46,325 bases of DNA from a virus, in IMG/VR virus record IMGVR_UViG_3300045988_046749. The stretch is one strand, 5' to 3'. A program made the position numbers and the translations under genes. Numbering within the stretch: position 1 is the first letter of the stretch; the number at the start of each line of letters is the position of its first letter. The notes below the pieces were generated by a model. It had not been told where the DNA came from, made no database searches, and was given only the letters and a program-made list of their open reading frames with translations. Shown piece after piece: positions 1-10,504 of the stretch.

Positions 1-55
1 GAACGGTAACTGATGGTGATTATCGGAATGGATTCTATCAGTACATGAACGAGAA
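1..55. repeat. Terminal direct repeat (identical to 46271-46325); circular-contig overlap
   Basis: gaacggtaactgatggtgattatcggaatggattctatcagtacatgaacgagaa read at both window ends. Confidence 0.95.
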
Positions 56-134
56 CAAGGATAATGTGTTCAAGATTACCAGTGTAGGCGGTCCATATAC
101 ACTAATTCCACATTTTGAGATTTTAGGTAAGTGA
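1..134 (+). CDS. 3' part of the head-closure/neck protein gene that starts at 45943 and wraps through the junction
   Basis: Frame from ATG 45943 continues through the 55-bp overlap to TGA 132-134; next gene ATG at 136. Confidence 0.7.
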   Translation, partial: TVTDGDYRNGFYQYMNENKDNVFKITSVGGPYTLIPHFEILGK

Positions 135-135
135 T

Positions 136-627
136 ATGAGTAAAATTCATCATTTTAAAGGATTCTCCGTAGTCGATGGAGATATGAAAATCAAGCTGAA
201 TATGGACAGGTTCTCCAGACAGTATCAAGAAGCTCAGTACCTCCTTGACGGAATGGTTATGGACAGTATGGTTTCATTTATGCCGATGATTACAGGGGAC
301 TTCATTAACCGAACAAGAATTGAGAGCACATCCTTGCAAGGAACTGGGAAAGTATGTGCTGCGGCAGCTCCTTATGGGCGTTTTCTGTATGAGGGAAAAG
401 GAATGGTTGACGAAGTAACCGGAAGTCCCTACGCAAGACGTGGAGCAAAGAAAGTTCTCGTTAGTCAGTTTTCTGGTCGGACAGCCGCAAAAGAAAATCT
501 TGAATACACCAAACAGGCTCACCCACAGGCACAGGCAAAGTGGTTCGATGCTGCTAAACGACAATACGGTGACACATGGATTCGCAAAGTAAAAGCACAG
601 GCAGGAGGTGGCAGACATGGCAGATAA
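136..627 (+). CDS. Neck/head-tail joining protein (minor capsid / HK97 gp10-like by recollection)
   Basis: 163-aa ORF coupled to upstream stop (gtgatATG); lies between head-closure and tail genes. Confidence 0.6.
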   Translation: MSKIHHFKGFSVVDGDMKIKLNMDRFSRQYQEAQYLLDGMVMDSMVSFMPMITGDFINRTRIESTSLQGTGKVCAAAAPYGRFLYEGKGMVDEVTGSPYARRGAKKVLVSQFSGRTAAKENLEYTKQAHPQAQAKWFDAAKRQYGDTWIRKVKAQAGGGRHGR

Positions 628-1117
628 GCCTATCGGAAAAGATGCAACCGGATACGAGATTCTGACAGATGCCATGAAAGCACTTCTGAACCAGTATCCG
701 GGACTGTATAAAAATGAAACAATCAAATTTGAGGAACTTGGCAAGGAATCAGGAATTGCTTTCTCAGCAGATAACGGGGCGCTGATCTATTCGGAAAAAG
801 AAGATGTTTGCGGTGTGATGCATCAGGTATGCCAGTATCCATTTTATGTAGTATATCGCACGGAATCCGACAAGGAAAGGCAGAAGTTATCTGTTCAGAA
901 GTTCCTTGACAATCTCGGTAAATGGATATGCCGAGAACCAGTTATCATAAATGGCTCTGAGACACGTTTGAATGCGTTTCCAGAGCTTTCACAGGGGCGA
1001 GTTATAAAACGTATCACGCGCGATAACTCCTATGGTTTAGAGCCTCAGGAGAGTGGCGTACAGGATTGGCTATTGCCATTATCAGTACGCTACGAAAACA
1101 CTTATGAAGTAATATAA
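617..1117 (+). CDS. Putative tail completion / tail terminator protein
   Basis: AGGAGG 8 nt upstream of ATG 617; directly precedes major tail protein. Confidence 0.5.
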   Translation: MADKPIGKDATGYEILTDAMKALLNQYPGLYKNETIKFEELGKESGIAFSADNGALIYSEKEDVCGVMHQVCQYPFYVVYRTESDKERQKLSVQKFLDNLGKWICREPVIINGSETRLNAFPELSQGRVIKRITRDNSYGLEPQESGVQDWLLPLSVRYENTYEVI

Positions 1118-1198
1118 AAAGTAACAACCGGCTATCAATTGGAGATAGTCGCTAACCTACACAGCCTTTTAAAAGTTATAGGCAGAAAGGACATTTCT

Positions 1199-1699
1199 AT
1201 GGCAGTTACAGGCAAAATTGACCGTAAATATATGGCTCATTATATCGATGCAGGTTCCCTCTGTGGAGGACTGACACCGAAGTATGAGCGTCTTGGAAAG
1301 GATCTGGAAGAATACAATGTAGACCTCAATCCAGATACTGAAACTTCTAAAAACATTCTCGGAGAATCCACGTTTAAACATAATGGCTACGAAGCTTCTT
1401 CTGACGCTGATCCGTTCTATGCAGACACTACTTCTGATCTGTTTACAGCATTGCAGAAGATTGTAGATGGACGTCTCAAAGACGACAACCTCAAAACAAA
1501 AGCAGTTGAAGTTCATCTCTGGACAGAAGCCACGGCAGGCAAGTATGAAGCATACCAGCAGGACTGCTACGTTGTACCGACCTCCTACGGCGGTGATACA
1601 TCCGGCTATCAGATTCCGTTTACTGTGAACTACGTTGGTGAGCGTGTAAAAGGAAAATTTGATATCAGTTCCGGTACATTCACAGCCGACAGTGAATAA
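1199..1699 (+). CDS. Major tail protein (siphovirus type)
   Basis: ATG 1199 inside ORF 1139..1699; about 166 aa; directly upstream of chaperone pair and tape measure; no sheath gene present. Confidence 0.7.
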   Translation: MAVTGKIDRKYMAHYIDAGSLCGGLTPKYERLGKDLEEYNVDLNPDTETSKNILGESTFKHNGYEASSDADPFYADTTSDLFTALQKIVDGRLKDDNLKTKAVEVHLWTEATAGKYEAYQQDCYVVPTSYGGDTSGYQIPFTVNYVGERVKGKFDISSGTFTADSE

Positions 1700-1725
1700 A
1701 CACATATACAAGGAGGACATGCTAA

Positions 1726-2151
1726 ATGGCAAAAATAATTAACACCAAAATTGATGATGGAATTCTCATTTTTACATTCACAAATAACAAAGACGAAGTT
1801 TTTTCCTCTTTCAAACTGAACCCGACGGATATCAATGTAGCAGCACGCGCAGAGGAACTGACAGAATATTTTGAACAATTCAAAGATTCTATTCAGAAAG
1901 TTACTTCCGGAAAAGAAATGGCAGAGTTAAATAAACAGCTCGAAGATAAGATCAACTATCTGCTTGGCTACGAAGCATCAAAAGACCTGTTTAAAGAACC
2001 AATTACCGCAACAACTGTATTCGGTAATGGCCAGGTATTTGCTTATATCGTTCTGGACAAGATCGCAGAAGCAATCGCACCGGAAATTGAAAAGAGAAAA
2101 AAGAAAATGCAGGCAGCAGTTAACAAGTATACGGAGAAATATGAAAAATGA
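1726..2151 (+). CDS. Tail assembly chaperone (gpG-like position)
   Basis: 141-aa acidic/helical ORF between major tail protein and tape measure. Confidence 0.55.
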   Translation: MAKIINTKIDDGILIFTFTNNKDEVFSSFKLNPTDINVAARAEELTEYFEQFKDSIQKVTSGKEMAELNKQLEDKINYLLGYEASKDLFKEPITATTVFGNGQVFAYIVLDKIAEAIAPEIEKRKKKMQAAVNKYTEKYEK

Positions 2152-2720
2152 CCGCCTATGAGCTTCCCACCTCACTGAACATAAGTGGGGTGGATTTTTC
2201 TATCAGAACGGATTTTCGAGCAATCATTGATATTCTCATTGCGCAGAATGATCCAGAGTTAGACGAACAGGCAAAAGCAGTTGTTATGTTGCAGATTCTG
2301 TTCGAGGATTGGCAAAGCATACCCTCAGAACATCTTGTAGAAGCTTGTCGGAAAGCTTGCGAGTTTATTGACTGTGGTCAAGTTGACGATAGTCCGAATA
2401 AACCCAAACCTCGCTTGATGGACTGGAAACAAGACGGAGATATGATCGTTCCGGCTGTAAACAAGGTTGCTGGTAAAGAAATCAGAGCCGTTCCATACAT
2501 GCACTGGTGGACGTTCTTTGGATACTTTATGGAATCCGGTGAATGCCTTTTTAATACAGTGGTTGGGATCCGTTCTAAAAAGGCGAAGGGCGAAAAGCTC
2601 GATAAATGGGAAAAGAAATTCTATCAAGAGAACAAGAACATTATTGATATAAAAACACGTCTCAGCGATGAGGAGCAAGCTTATAAAGATAAGCTGAATG
2701 AGATGTTGAACCTCAAATAG
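2148..2720 (+). CDS. Phage Gp15-like tail assembly protein
   Basis: 190 aa; ATGA overlap with upstream gene; N-terminus YELPTSLNISGVDFSIRTDFRAIIDI recalls the Gp15 family found upstream of tape measures. Confidence 0.6.
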   Translation: MTAYELPTSLNISGVDFSIRTDFRAIIDILIAQNDPELDEQAKAVVMLQILFEDWQSIPSEHLVEACRKACEFIDCGQVDDSPNKPKPRLMDWKQDGDMIVPAVNKVAGKEIRAVPYMHWWTFFGYFMESGECLFNTVVGIRSKKAKGEKLDKWEKKFYQENKNIIDIKTRLSDEEQAYKDKLNEMLNLK

Positions 2721-2735
2721 TTAGGAGGTGGACAC

Positions 2736-5717
2736 ATGGCTGCTGATGGCTCAATTATTATTGATACCAAGCTTGATACATCTGGAATTGATAATGGAGT
2801 ATCAAGGATTAAACAGTCATTTAACAGCCTTGGTAGTGCTGTAAAAAAAATCGGTCTACTGATTGGTGGGGCTTTTGCAGTTGGTAAGTTAGTACAGTTT
2901 GGAAAAGAGTGCGTTGCCCTTGGTTCCGACCTCGCAGAAGTTCAGAATGTGGTCGATGTTACATTTACCACCATGTCGGATAAGGTCAATGAATTTGCAA
3001 AGAATGCAATGGTCTCAGCCGGACTGTCAGAGACAATGGCAAAAAGGTATGTTGGTACGTTCGGAGCAATGTCTAAGTCATTCGGATTCTCAGAGGCACA
3101 GGCTTATGATATGTCAACGGCTCTGACACAGCTTACTGGTGACGTAGCATCATTTTACAATATCAGTCAAGACTTGGCTTATATCAAGCTAAAATCAGTG
3201 TTTACGGGCGAAACAGAAACGCTCAAAGACCTCGGCGTGGTAATGACCCAGTCGGCACTTGACCAATACGCACTTGCAAACGGCTATGGCAAAACCACAT
3301 CTGCCATGACCGAACAGGAGAAAGTTGCTCTCCGATTGGCTTTTGTGCAGAAACAGTTATCAGCCGCATCTGGAGACTTCATTCGTACTTCTGACAGCTG
3401 GGCGAACCAGGTGCGAGTGATGCAGTTGCAGTTGCAGTCTCTCAAGGCAACAGTCGGACAGGGATTAATTAATATTTTCACACCTGTTCTGAAAATAATC
3501 AATATTTTACTTGGTAAACTGGCAACTCTGGCGAATGCTTTCAAAAGCTTCACAGAGCTTATCACTGGAAAGAAATCTTCTGGTCAGATAAGTGGAAGTG
3601 GAGCAGGTCTTGCAGGAACAGACGTGATTGCAGATACAGCAGATCAGTATGGACAGGCTGCGGATAATGCAGAGAAATTGGCAGATGCCAATAAAGATAA
3701 TGCAACAGCTACGAAAAAAGCAAATAAAGAAACAAAAAATTATCTTTCTTCATTGGACGAAATACACAAAGCCACATCTACAGGTAGCAACTCATCGTCC
3801 ACGCTATCTCCATCTGGCGGAAGTGGTGGAGCGTCTGGAGGATTATCTGGAGCAGTAAACAATGTGGATTATGGCAGTTTAGCAGAGGGAGAGACAAAAC
3901 TTGATAAAATCAGCGATTCTGCTAAGAAGCTTGCAGATACGCTAAAAAAACTTTGGGAGCCATTTCAAGAAGCTTGGAAAAAAGAGGGAAAAGCCACTAT
4001 AACGGCGGCGAAGACGGCATTTTCGAGTTTGGGAAGTTTAATTGCAAGTATTGGAAGCAGTTTCGCCACAGTATGGACGAATGGAAGCGGTGAAAAGTCA
4101 TTAACTACGACTTTAAAGATTGTGCAGAATCTATTCAATACTATTGGAAATTTGGCACAGGCATTTAAAACTGCGTGGGAATATGCTGGAACTGGGACAA
4201 GTATTATTCAAAATATATTTGATATTGGAAATAGCATTCTAGGAACTATTGAAAGAATAACAGGTGCGACAGCAGATTGGGCTAAAACCCTTGATTTTAC
4301 ACCACTATTAACATCAATCAATACGCTCCTACAAAATTTACAGCCACTAACAGATAACATAGGAACCGGGCTTGAATGGTTCTGGAATAACGTTCTTTTG
4401 CCAATTGGATCCTGGACAATCCAAGATGCAGTGCCGACATTTCTACAAATGCTATCAAGTGGGATTACTGTTGTAAATTCAGTTATTGAAGCTCTTCAAC
4501 CTTTGGGTGGCTGGCTATGGGACAATTTTTTGCAGCCATTAGGCCAGTGGACGGGTGATCTCGTCATTACTGCCATGCAGACTTTATCTGATTTACTGGA
4601 TAGGTTTAGCACATGGATCCAGAACAATCAAGAACTTGTTCAGAACGTTACAATTGTGATTGGTAGTTTTTTCGCAGCGTTTGAACTTCACAGCATTATT
4701 AGCGGTGCAGTGACAGCGGTAACGAATTTTGTTGGACTGATTACTGGAGGCGGTGGATTGCTAGGGGCACTAAGTTCTGTTGTTGCTGCCCTAGGTGGTC
4801 CTGTAACAATTGCAATTGGTGCGGTAATTGCCGCTGGAGTGCTTCTGTGGCGAAATTGGGACAGTGTAAAAGAAGCTGCCAGTAAATTAAAAAAATGGGT
4901 TGTTGACAAAACAGTAGCACTGAAAAATGAGGCAGTGGAAGCATTCGAAAAGCTAAAAACAAATGCTGGAAATGCTCTTAAAGCGCTTCGCGATGACGTA
5001 AAACAAAAATGGGAAACGATTAAGTCTAAATTTTCATCTTTTTCGACTTGGTTGAGTGGTGTCTTTAATACGGATTGGACGGAGCAATTCGGTATATTTG
5101 GCGGCGTTTTAAACGGATTTTTCAAATCTGCAAAGGATGTGATTAAAGATGTTAAAGAAATATTTAAAGGGTTAAATACATTTGTCAGCGGCGTTTTTTC
5201 GGGGGACTGGTCTAAAGCCTGGGAAGGTATAAAAACTATTTTTTCAAACGTATTTAGTGGGTTGGCAGACATTGCAAAAACTCCAATTAATGCAATAATA
5301 GGAGGATTTAATAGTGTTCTGGGAGTTGTAAATGGACTAATTAGCAAACTCAACAACCTTAAATTTAGAATAACAGTGCCAAACTGGATTCCCGGAATCG
5401 GAGGCTCCTGGTGGGGCTTTAACGGCTTTAGCATTCCAACAATAGGGACGATTCCAATGCTTGCAAGTGGTGCGGTTATCCCACCTAGATCAGAGTTTCT
5501 TGCAGTCCTTGGAGACCAGAAAAATGGTCGCAACTTGGAAGCACCAGAAGACCTGTTAAGACAGATCGTAAGAGAGGAAACCGGCGGAAATCAGGGTGGT
5601 GGTGGAAATTACAGATTTACAGCGCAGTTGAACCGCAGAACGATATTTGATGAGATGATTGACGAAGCAAAGTTAAGGCGTGATGCAAGCGGTACGAATC
5701 CGTTTGAGCTGGCATAG
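2736..5717 (+). CDS. Tail tape measure protein
   Basis: 993 aa, helical with Gly/Ala-rich hydrophobic core (GGGGLLGALSSVVAALGGPVTIAIGAVIAAGVLLW); canonical position. Confidence 0.9.
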   Translation: MAADGSIIIDTKLDTSGIDNGVSRIKQSFNSLGSAVKKIGLLIGGAFAVGKLVQFGKECVALGSDLAEVQNVVDVTFTTMSDKVNEFAKNAMVSAGLSETMAKRYVGTFGAMSKSFGFSEAQAYDMSTALTQLTGDVASFYNISQDLAYIKLKSVFTGETETLKDLGVVMTQSALDQYALANGYGKTTSAMTEQEKVALRLAFVQKQLSAASGDFIRTSDSWANQVRVMQLQLQSLKATVGQGLINIFTPVLKIINILLGKLATLANAFKSFTELITGKKSSGQISGSGAGLAGTDVIADTADQYGQAADNAEKLADANKDNATATKKANKETKNYLSSLDEIHKATSTGSNSSSTLSPSGGSGGASGGLSGAVNNVDYGSLAEGETKLDKISDSAKKLADTLKKLWEPFQEAWKKEGKATITAAKTAFSSLGSLIASIGSSFATVWTNGSGEKSLTTTLKIVQNLFNTIGNLAQAFKTAWEYAGTGTSIIQNIFDIGNSILGTIERITGATADWAKTLDFTPLLTSINTLLQNLQPLTDNIGTGLEWFWNNVLLPIGSWTIQDAVPTFLQMLSSGITVVNSVIEALQPLGGWLWDNFLQPLGQWTGDLVITAMQTLSDLLDRFSTWIQNNQELVQNVTIVIGSFFAAFELHSIISGAVTAVTNFVGLITGGGGLLGALSSVVAALGGPVTIAIGAVIAAGVLLWRNWDSVKEAASKLKKWVVDKTVALKNEAVEAFEKLKTNAGNALKALRDDVKQKWETIKSKFSSFSTWLSGVFNTDWTEQFGIFGGVLNGFFKSAKDVIKDVKEIFKGLNTFVSGVFSGDWSKAWEGIKTIFSNVFSGLADIAKTPINAIIGGFNSVLGVVNGLISKLNNLKFRITVPNWIPGIGGSWWGFNGFSIPTIGTIPMLASGAVIPPRSEFLAVLGDQKNGRNLEAPEDLLRQIVREETGGNQGGGGNYRFTAQLNRRTIFDEMIDEAKLRRDASGTNPFELA

Positions 5718-5729
5718 GGGGGTGAGAAC

Positions 5730-6125
5730 ATGGCATTTTCGATAAGCAAATCAATAACTGATAGATACAAGATAAATGGGCTTCTCATCCCTCAGCCAGA
5801 TGAGGACATGCAGTGTAATTTTGAGACCACCTATTCAGAAGGAAGTAACCGAACTCAAAAAGGAGTTGCGCTAATAACTCCACTTTTTACAGTTATGCAA
5901 TATAGCTATAAAGCCACCAATGTGCCAGTTGATGAGAAATCAACTAATCTGGTAAATGCAATTATTAAAGGAAAGCCATTCATTTTACATCACTGGTTAG
6001 CACACAAAAATGAATGGCGTTCAGAAAAGTTTTACGTGGGAAAAATGAATTACAACATAAAACAAGTTGGGGAATACTATTCCGAAATATCATTTAATAT
6101 GCAGGGGGTGAATCCACTTGATTAA
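5730..6125 (+). CDS. Putative short distal tail protein
   Basis: 131-aa ORF between tape measure and hub protein; assignment by position only. Confidence 0.35.
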   Translation: MAFSISKSITDRYKINGLLIPQPDEDMQCNFETTYSEGSNRTQKGVALITPLFTVMQYSYKATNVPVDEKSTNLVNAIIKGKPFILHHWLAHKNEWRSEKFYVGKMNYNIKQVGEYYSEISFNMQGVNPLD

Positions 6126-9100
6126 TGTATCAAACACTTTTAAAGAAAAGTTGCAAGATGGTGAGCAAGTAATTGAAATCGTGGAGATCGCCTTTTCTGA
6201 CGGAACGAAAAAGACACTTGAAAACGAGATTATGATCGGCAACAATGAATTTTCTGATTGTGCGGAGAGCAGCAGCTTCCCGGTCGGCGCTACAGTTTGC
6301 AAAACAATGAAGCTTGAACTGGACAATACAGAGGATCAGTGGAAAGATTATAATTTCTATCAAGCTAAAGTACATGCCTATTTGAAGCTCCAGACTTCCG
6401 TAGCAGAACCAGCCAGTGAATCAATTTGGATGGATGATTTTTACGAGCCAATTCTTGATACTGATGGAAACAGCATAGTTCTGTCCAGAGCCGCGTCGGA
6501 AGACCGATACGAGACGATTGATAAGGGCGTCTATACAATTACCACGCCAGAGCAATACGGTGAAATATTGAGCTTTACGGCGCTTGATGATATGTACAAG
6601 ACAAATGCTAAATATTATAGCGCTTTGACGCTTCCACAGCCGATTATGGCGCTGGTAAGAGACGCTTGCGAGAGTTTGAATATCCCTATGGGGGTTTCAT
6701 CTATGGCGCATGGAAATGTAGTTGTCACAGCGCTCCCTGACAATATGACATTCCGTCAGCTGATCGGATGGGCGGCAATGTTGGAGACAGCAAACGCCAG
6801 AATTGACAATAGAGGGTATTTGCAATTTATAAAATGGAATTTTGGAGCTGTTGAAAACGGCTCCTTAGTTCCAATTAAATTAGAGGATTATGTGAATAGT
6901 CCAACTCTTTCCAGTGGTGATATTGTAATTACTGGAATCAGAGTAAAAAACAAAGAATCAGAATCCCTGTTTGGAACTGCTGGATATGTGCTGGAGTTAG
7001 AAAACAATCTTCTGTCTGACAGTGACCTTGGAACTGTAGCGGCATGGATTGGCGGTAATATGATCGGGGCCAGATTCCGAAATCTGCAAGGGGATCTGAT
7101 TTATAATCCTCTGTTAGAGTTTGGCGACATGGCATATAGCTTTGATCGGAACGGAAATAAATATCTTACACCGATTACTGATGTATCATCTCCGTTAAAT
7201 GGCATTACCACTGTAAAAACACAGGCAGATGATCCTATTCGGAACAGCAGTGCATATATGTCAGCAGCTACAAAAGCACTGGTAGAAGCAAGACAACTTG
7301 TTAAGGACGAGCGCACAGAGCGCGAAAAAGCCGTTGAAAGGCTTAATAATACACTGAAAACTTCTGGTGGTTTATACATGACTGTAGAGCCACAGGATGA
7401 TGGTAGCAATATCTATTATGCACATAATAAGCCTACACTGGAAGAATCTGATATTGTATGGAAGTTTACGGCAGAAGCAATCGGCATTTCCATGGATGGA
7501 GGAAAGACATATCCTTATGGATTAAATATTAATGGAGAGCTTATTGCAAGGCTTCTGTATGCAGAGGGAATCAATGCAAGTTATATTAATGCCGGTGCGT
7601 TAGTTGTTCGTGACGCAAATGGGAAGGTTATCTTCTCAGCCGATATTGATAATAACCAGATTGTTATTGACGGCGCATCTGTGCGAATCGGTGCATCGCC
7701 TTTGGATGGACTGTTAAGCAGCATGCAGGGGCAGATTGATGGGAATATAAACACCTGGACAGGAACCTCAGCGCCTACATTGAGCAATTATCCAGCTAAC
7801 GAATGGCTGGACGACACCGAAATGAGCAAGCATGTCGGAGATATTTACTATGATGGTAATAGCCATGCTTACCGATTTGTAAATGAGGGCAATGGGTATT
7901 ATTGGAAACAGTTGAAAGATACGGACGTTACAAAGGCACTGAAAGACTCTGAAGACGCATTAGCAGCGGCTAAACAGGCGCAGGAAGCGGCAGCTCTTGC
8001 CAAGAACATGACATTGCAGCTAAGCAATGAATACCAGGGCGTTTCTGTTGACTCTGATGGAAATTACGAAACGTTTCCGAGCAATGTGACTACACAAGCC
8101 GTCGTAATGTACGGAACGCAGGATATTACATCTGATTGTAAATTTACAATTATCAAATCAGATAGCGTAACAGGATCCTGGGACAATTCAACTAAGACAT
8201 ATACGGTAACAGCATTATCTGCTGACGATGGATGGGTAGATATTAAGGCAACGTATATCAGTGTTTTATCAGTAGTTAAAAGATTTTCGCTGGCTAAAAT
8301 TTACGCTGGCAAAAATGGTATAAACGGTGTTGACGGGCTCCAGGGACCGAAAGGAGATCAAGGCATACCGGGGCCACAAGGAGAAAAGGGGGAAGCCGGT
8401 CCGCAAGGCCCAAAAGGGGAACAAGGAATTGCCGGAACTCCCGGAGCAGACGGAAAGACCCCATATCTGCATATTAAATATGCTCCTGTCAAAAATCCAA
8501 CATCTTCGCAGCTTACTGAAACCCCAGATGTGTATATTGGTACATATACGGATTTTGAAATAAATGATAGTACGGATCCAAAAAAGTACACATGGGCGCA
8601 GTTTAAAGGAGATCAAGGTGTACAGGGACTGAAAGGCGAAGATGGAAAACCATCTTATACATGGATAAAATACGCCTCTATGCCAAACAGCGAAGATATG
8701 TCGGATAACCCCGATAGTGTTCCATGGATTGATACAGATGGGAATACAATATGTGATACGGCAGGAAATCCAATCTATCTGGAGCCGGAATATGTTGCGT
8801 ATATCGGAATTGCAAACAACAAAGATACGCCAATAGAAAGTGACAATCCAAAAGATTATACATGGACTCGATACAAAGGCGCTGATGGGGAAAACGGTTC
8901 TGATGGCAAGGATGGCATAAACGGAAAAGACGGAAAAACAAGTTATACACACATTGCTTACGCAAACAGTGCTGATGGAAAAACAGATTTCTCTGTGTCG
9001 GACAGTAATCGAAAATATATAGGCATGTATGTGGATTTTTCCGAACAGGACAGCACAAACCCAGATAGTTACGCATGGTCTCTGATCAAAGGTGCTGATG

Positions 9101-10500
9101 GCGCACAAGGTATTCCAGGAAAAGCAGGTGCGGACGGAAAGACACCATATCTCCATATAGCTTATGCGAACAGCGCTGACGGAAAAAATGGATTTGATAT
9201 AGTTGTTAGCTCTGGAAAACAATATATTGGACAGTATACTGATTATACACCAGGTGACAGCACTGACCCGACAAAGTATAGCTGGACGAAGATAAAAGGC
9301 GAACAGGGCGATAAAGGAGAGCAAGGTGTACCTGGTAGGACATATTTTATCGAGCTTTCATCCAATATCCTAAAGCGAGGTCAGAATGATAAGGTTTTAC
9401 CAAGTACAATTACGGCAAAAGCTTATTATCGAGATGGTGACAGCGCTGCAAGAACAGCATATTCTGGTAGATGGTATGTGCAGACTTCCACGGATGGCTC
9501 TACATTTACAAACGCATTGGTTTCAACTGTAAATGAGTCGAGTAAAAGTTATACTGTTAGCTCACTGGATAGAAGCGTTGTGTCTGTTAGATTTATTCTG
9601 TATGCTGCTGGCGGAACTACAAATCAGCTGGATATGCAATCTGTCCCTGTGGTGATAGATGTGGACGCACTTACCCACGAAGAGATATTTAATCTTCTTA
9701 CAAATAATGGTTCCATGAAAGGAATTTATAAAGAGGGCAACCAGTTATATATTTCGTTCACTTATGCAAAAGGCGGAGTATTGAAGCTTGGCGGTCCGAA
9801 TAATGGATATGGCACTTTTGAGGTGTACGACAAAGACGGAAATATTATTTGTAAAATAAATAACGAAGATGGCTTCAAAAACATAAAAGGAAGCGAATGG
9901 GCGCAGATAAAAGAATCTATATTTAGCGCTGGATTTGGAAACATAACTGATGGAATCCTTGATTTATCAGCGCAATATGAAAATAAAAGAAATGTTGTTT
10001 TGCAATCAATAACCGGTGATTTGATTCTTAAAGTAGCACAAAATTTTATGATTGAAGGAATGAAATCACTAACAGGTGGTAATCCAATGATGTTTAACCC
10101 ATCATATTTGTATGTTGGATATTCTTCATCATCCTCCATGCATTATAAAGTGCTTGGGAAAACCGTAAAAGAAGATGAACTGGAAGACCTATACAGAATC
10201 AAAGTAATCTGGGCGAAATACAAAGACGGGTATTTATCTGAACGAGATGAACGATATGGCAAAGAAATGCCAATGTTTATAGCTGAAGACATCGACCGAA
10301 GATTTCCAATCGCTGTTGACCATAATGAAAAAGGCAAAGCTGAGAACTGGAACTATCGTATTATGATTCCTTGTATGTTCGCTATGCTAAAAAATGAGCA
10401 TGAAAAAGTCAAAAATTTACAATCTGAGCTTGATTCCGTGAAAGCAGAATTAAATGAATTAAAGCAACTTATCAAACAACATATTTCAATGGAGGTATAA
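6118..10500 (+). CDS. Tail hub / fibre protein with collagen-like repeats and C-terminal S74-type intramolecular chaperone domain
   Basis: 1460 aa; TTG start with GGGGGTG SD; Tal-like N-terminus; GXY runs; C-terminus GKEMPMFIAEDIDRRFPIAVDHNEKGKAENWNYRIMIPCMFAMLKNEHEKVKNLQSEL fits the endosialidase chaperone pattern. Confidence 0.8.
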   Translation: MINVSNTFKEKLQDGEQVIEIVEIAFSDGTKKTLENEIMIGNNEFSDCAESSSFPVGATVCKTMKLELDNTEDQWKDYNFYQAKVHAYLKLQTSVAEPASESIWMDDFYEPILDTDGNSIVLSRAASEDRYETIDKGVYTITTPEQYGEILSFTALDDMYKTNAKYYSALTLPQPIMALVRDACESLNIPMGVSSMAHGNVVVTALPDNMTFRQLIGWAAMLETANARIDNRGYLQFIKWNFGAVENGSLVPIKLEDYVNSPTLSSGDIVITGIRVKNKESESLFGTAGYVLELENNLLSDSDLGTVAAWIGGNMIGARFRNLQGDLIYNPLLEFGDMAYSFDRNGNKYLTPITDVSSPLNGITTVKTQADDPIRNSSAYMSAATKALVEARQLVKDERTEREKAVERLNNTLKTSGGLYMTVEPQDDGSNIYYAHNKPTLEESDIVWKFTAEAIGISMDGGKTYPYGLNINGELIARLLYAEGINASYINAGALVVRDANGKVIFSADIDNNQIVIDGASVRIGASPLDGLLSSMQGQIDGNINTWTGTSAPTLSNYPANEWLDDTEMSKHVGDIYYDGNSHAYRFVNEGNGYYWKQLKDTDVTKALKDSEDALAAAKQAQEAAALAKNMTLQLSNEYQGVSVDSDGNYETFPSNVTTQAVVMYGTQDITSDCKFTIIKSDSVTGSWDNSTKTYTVTALSADDGWVDIKATYISVLSVVKRFSLAKIYAGKNGINGVDGLQGPKGDQGIPGPQGEKGEAGPQGPKGEQGIAGTPGADGKTPYLHIKYAPVKNPTSSQLTETPDVYIGTYTDFEINDSTDPKKYTWAQFKGDQGVQGLKGEDGKPSYTWIKYASMPNSEDMSDNPDSVPWIDTDGNTICDTAGNPIYLEPEYVAYIGIANNKDTPIESDNPKDYTWTRYKGADGENGSDGKDGINGKDGKTSYTHIAYANSADGKTDFSVSDSNRKYIGMYVDFSEQDSTNPDSYAWSLIKGADGAQGIPGKAGADGKTPYLHIAYANSADGKNGFDIVVSSGKQYIGQYTDYTPGDSTDPTKYSWTKIKGEQGDKGEQGVPGRTYFIELSSNILKRGQNDKVLPSTITAKAYYRDGDSAARTAYSGRWYVQTSTDGSTFTNALVSTVNESSKSYTVSSLDRSVVSVRFILYAAGGTTNQLDMQSVPVVIDVDALTHEEIFNLLTNNGSMKGIYKEGNQLYISFTYAKGGVLKLGGPNNGYGTFEVYDKDGNIICKINNEDGFKNIKGSEWAQIKESIFSAGFGNITDGILDLSAQYENKRNVVLQSITGDLILKVAQNFMIEGMKSLTGGNPMMFNPSYLYVGYSSSSSMHYKVLGKTVKEDELEDLYRIKVIWAKYKDGYLSERDERYGKEMPMFIAEDIDRRFPIAVDHNEKGKAENWNYRIMIPCMFAMLKNEHEKVKNLQSELDSVKAELNELKQLIKQHISMEV
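8308..9340 (+). repeat. Collagen-like GXY tracts alternating with four copies of a roughly 50-aa module (coding repeat)
   Basis: GINGVDGLQGPKGDQGIPGPQGEKGEAGPQGPKGEQGIAGTPGADGKT, then modules of the form (S/P)Y(L/T)HI(A/K)YA...YIG.Y.DF...DS.(D/N)P..Y.W..(I/F)KG, four times. Confidence 0.85.
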
Positions 10501-10504
10501 GACT

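Noticed and set aside
274-1878. Minus-strand ORFs 274..744, 1169..1732 and 1630..1878
   Set aside because: They are antisense to tightly packed neck and tail genes, have non-protein-like composition, and have no SD motifs.
1964-2161. Possible gpG/gpGT-type programmed frameshift between the tail chaperone ORFs (65-aa off-frame ORF)
   Set aside because: The downstream Gp15-like gene has its own ATG in an ATGA overlap. I could not find an in-frame XXXYYYZ slippery heptamer near 2140-2151. The off-frame ORF is highly basic nonsense.
4688-5533. 281-aa minus-strand ORF inside the tape measure gene
   Set aside because: It is antisense to a well-supported 993-aa gene. It has low-complexity Pro/Leu/Ser composition and no ribosome-binding site.
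8269-9324. 351-aa minus-strand ORF, plus 8358..8591 and 8678..9076 minus and 8327..8563 plus
   Set aside because: These are antisense or off-frame ORFs through the collagen-like GXY repeat region. GGN-rich periodic codons keep other frames open. The translations are Cys/Ile/Phe-rich nonsense, and no SD is present.
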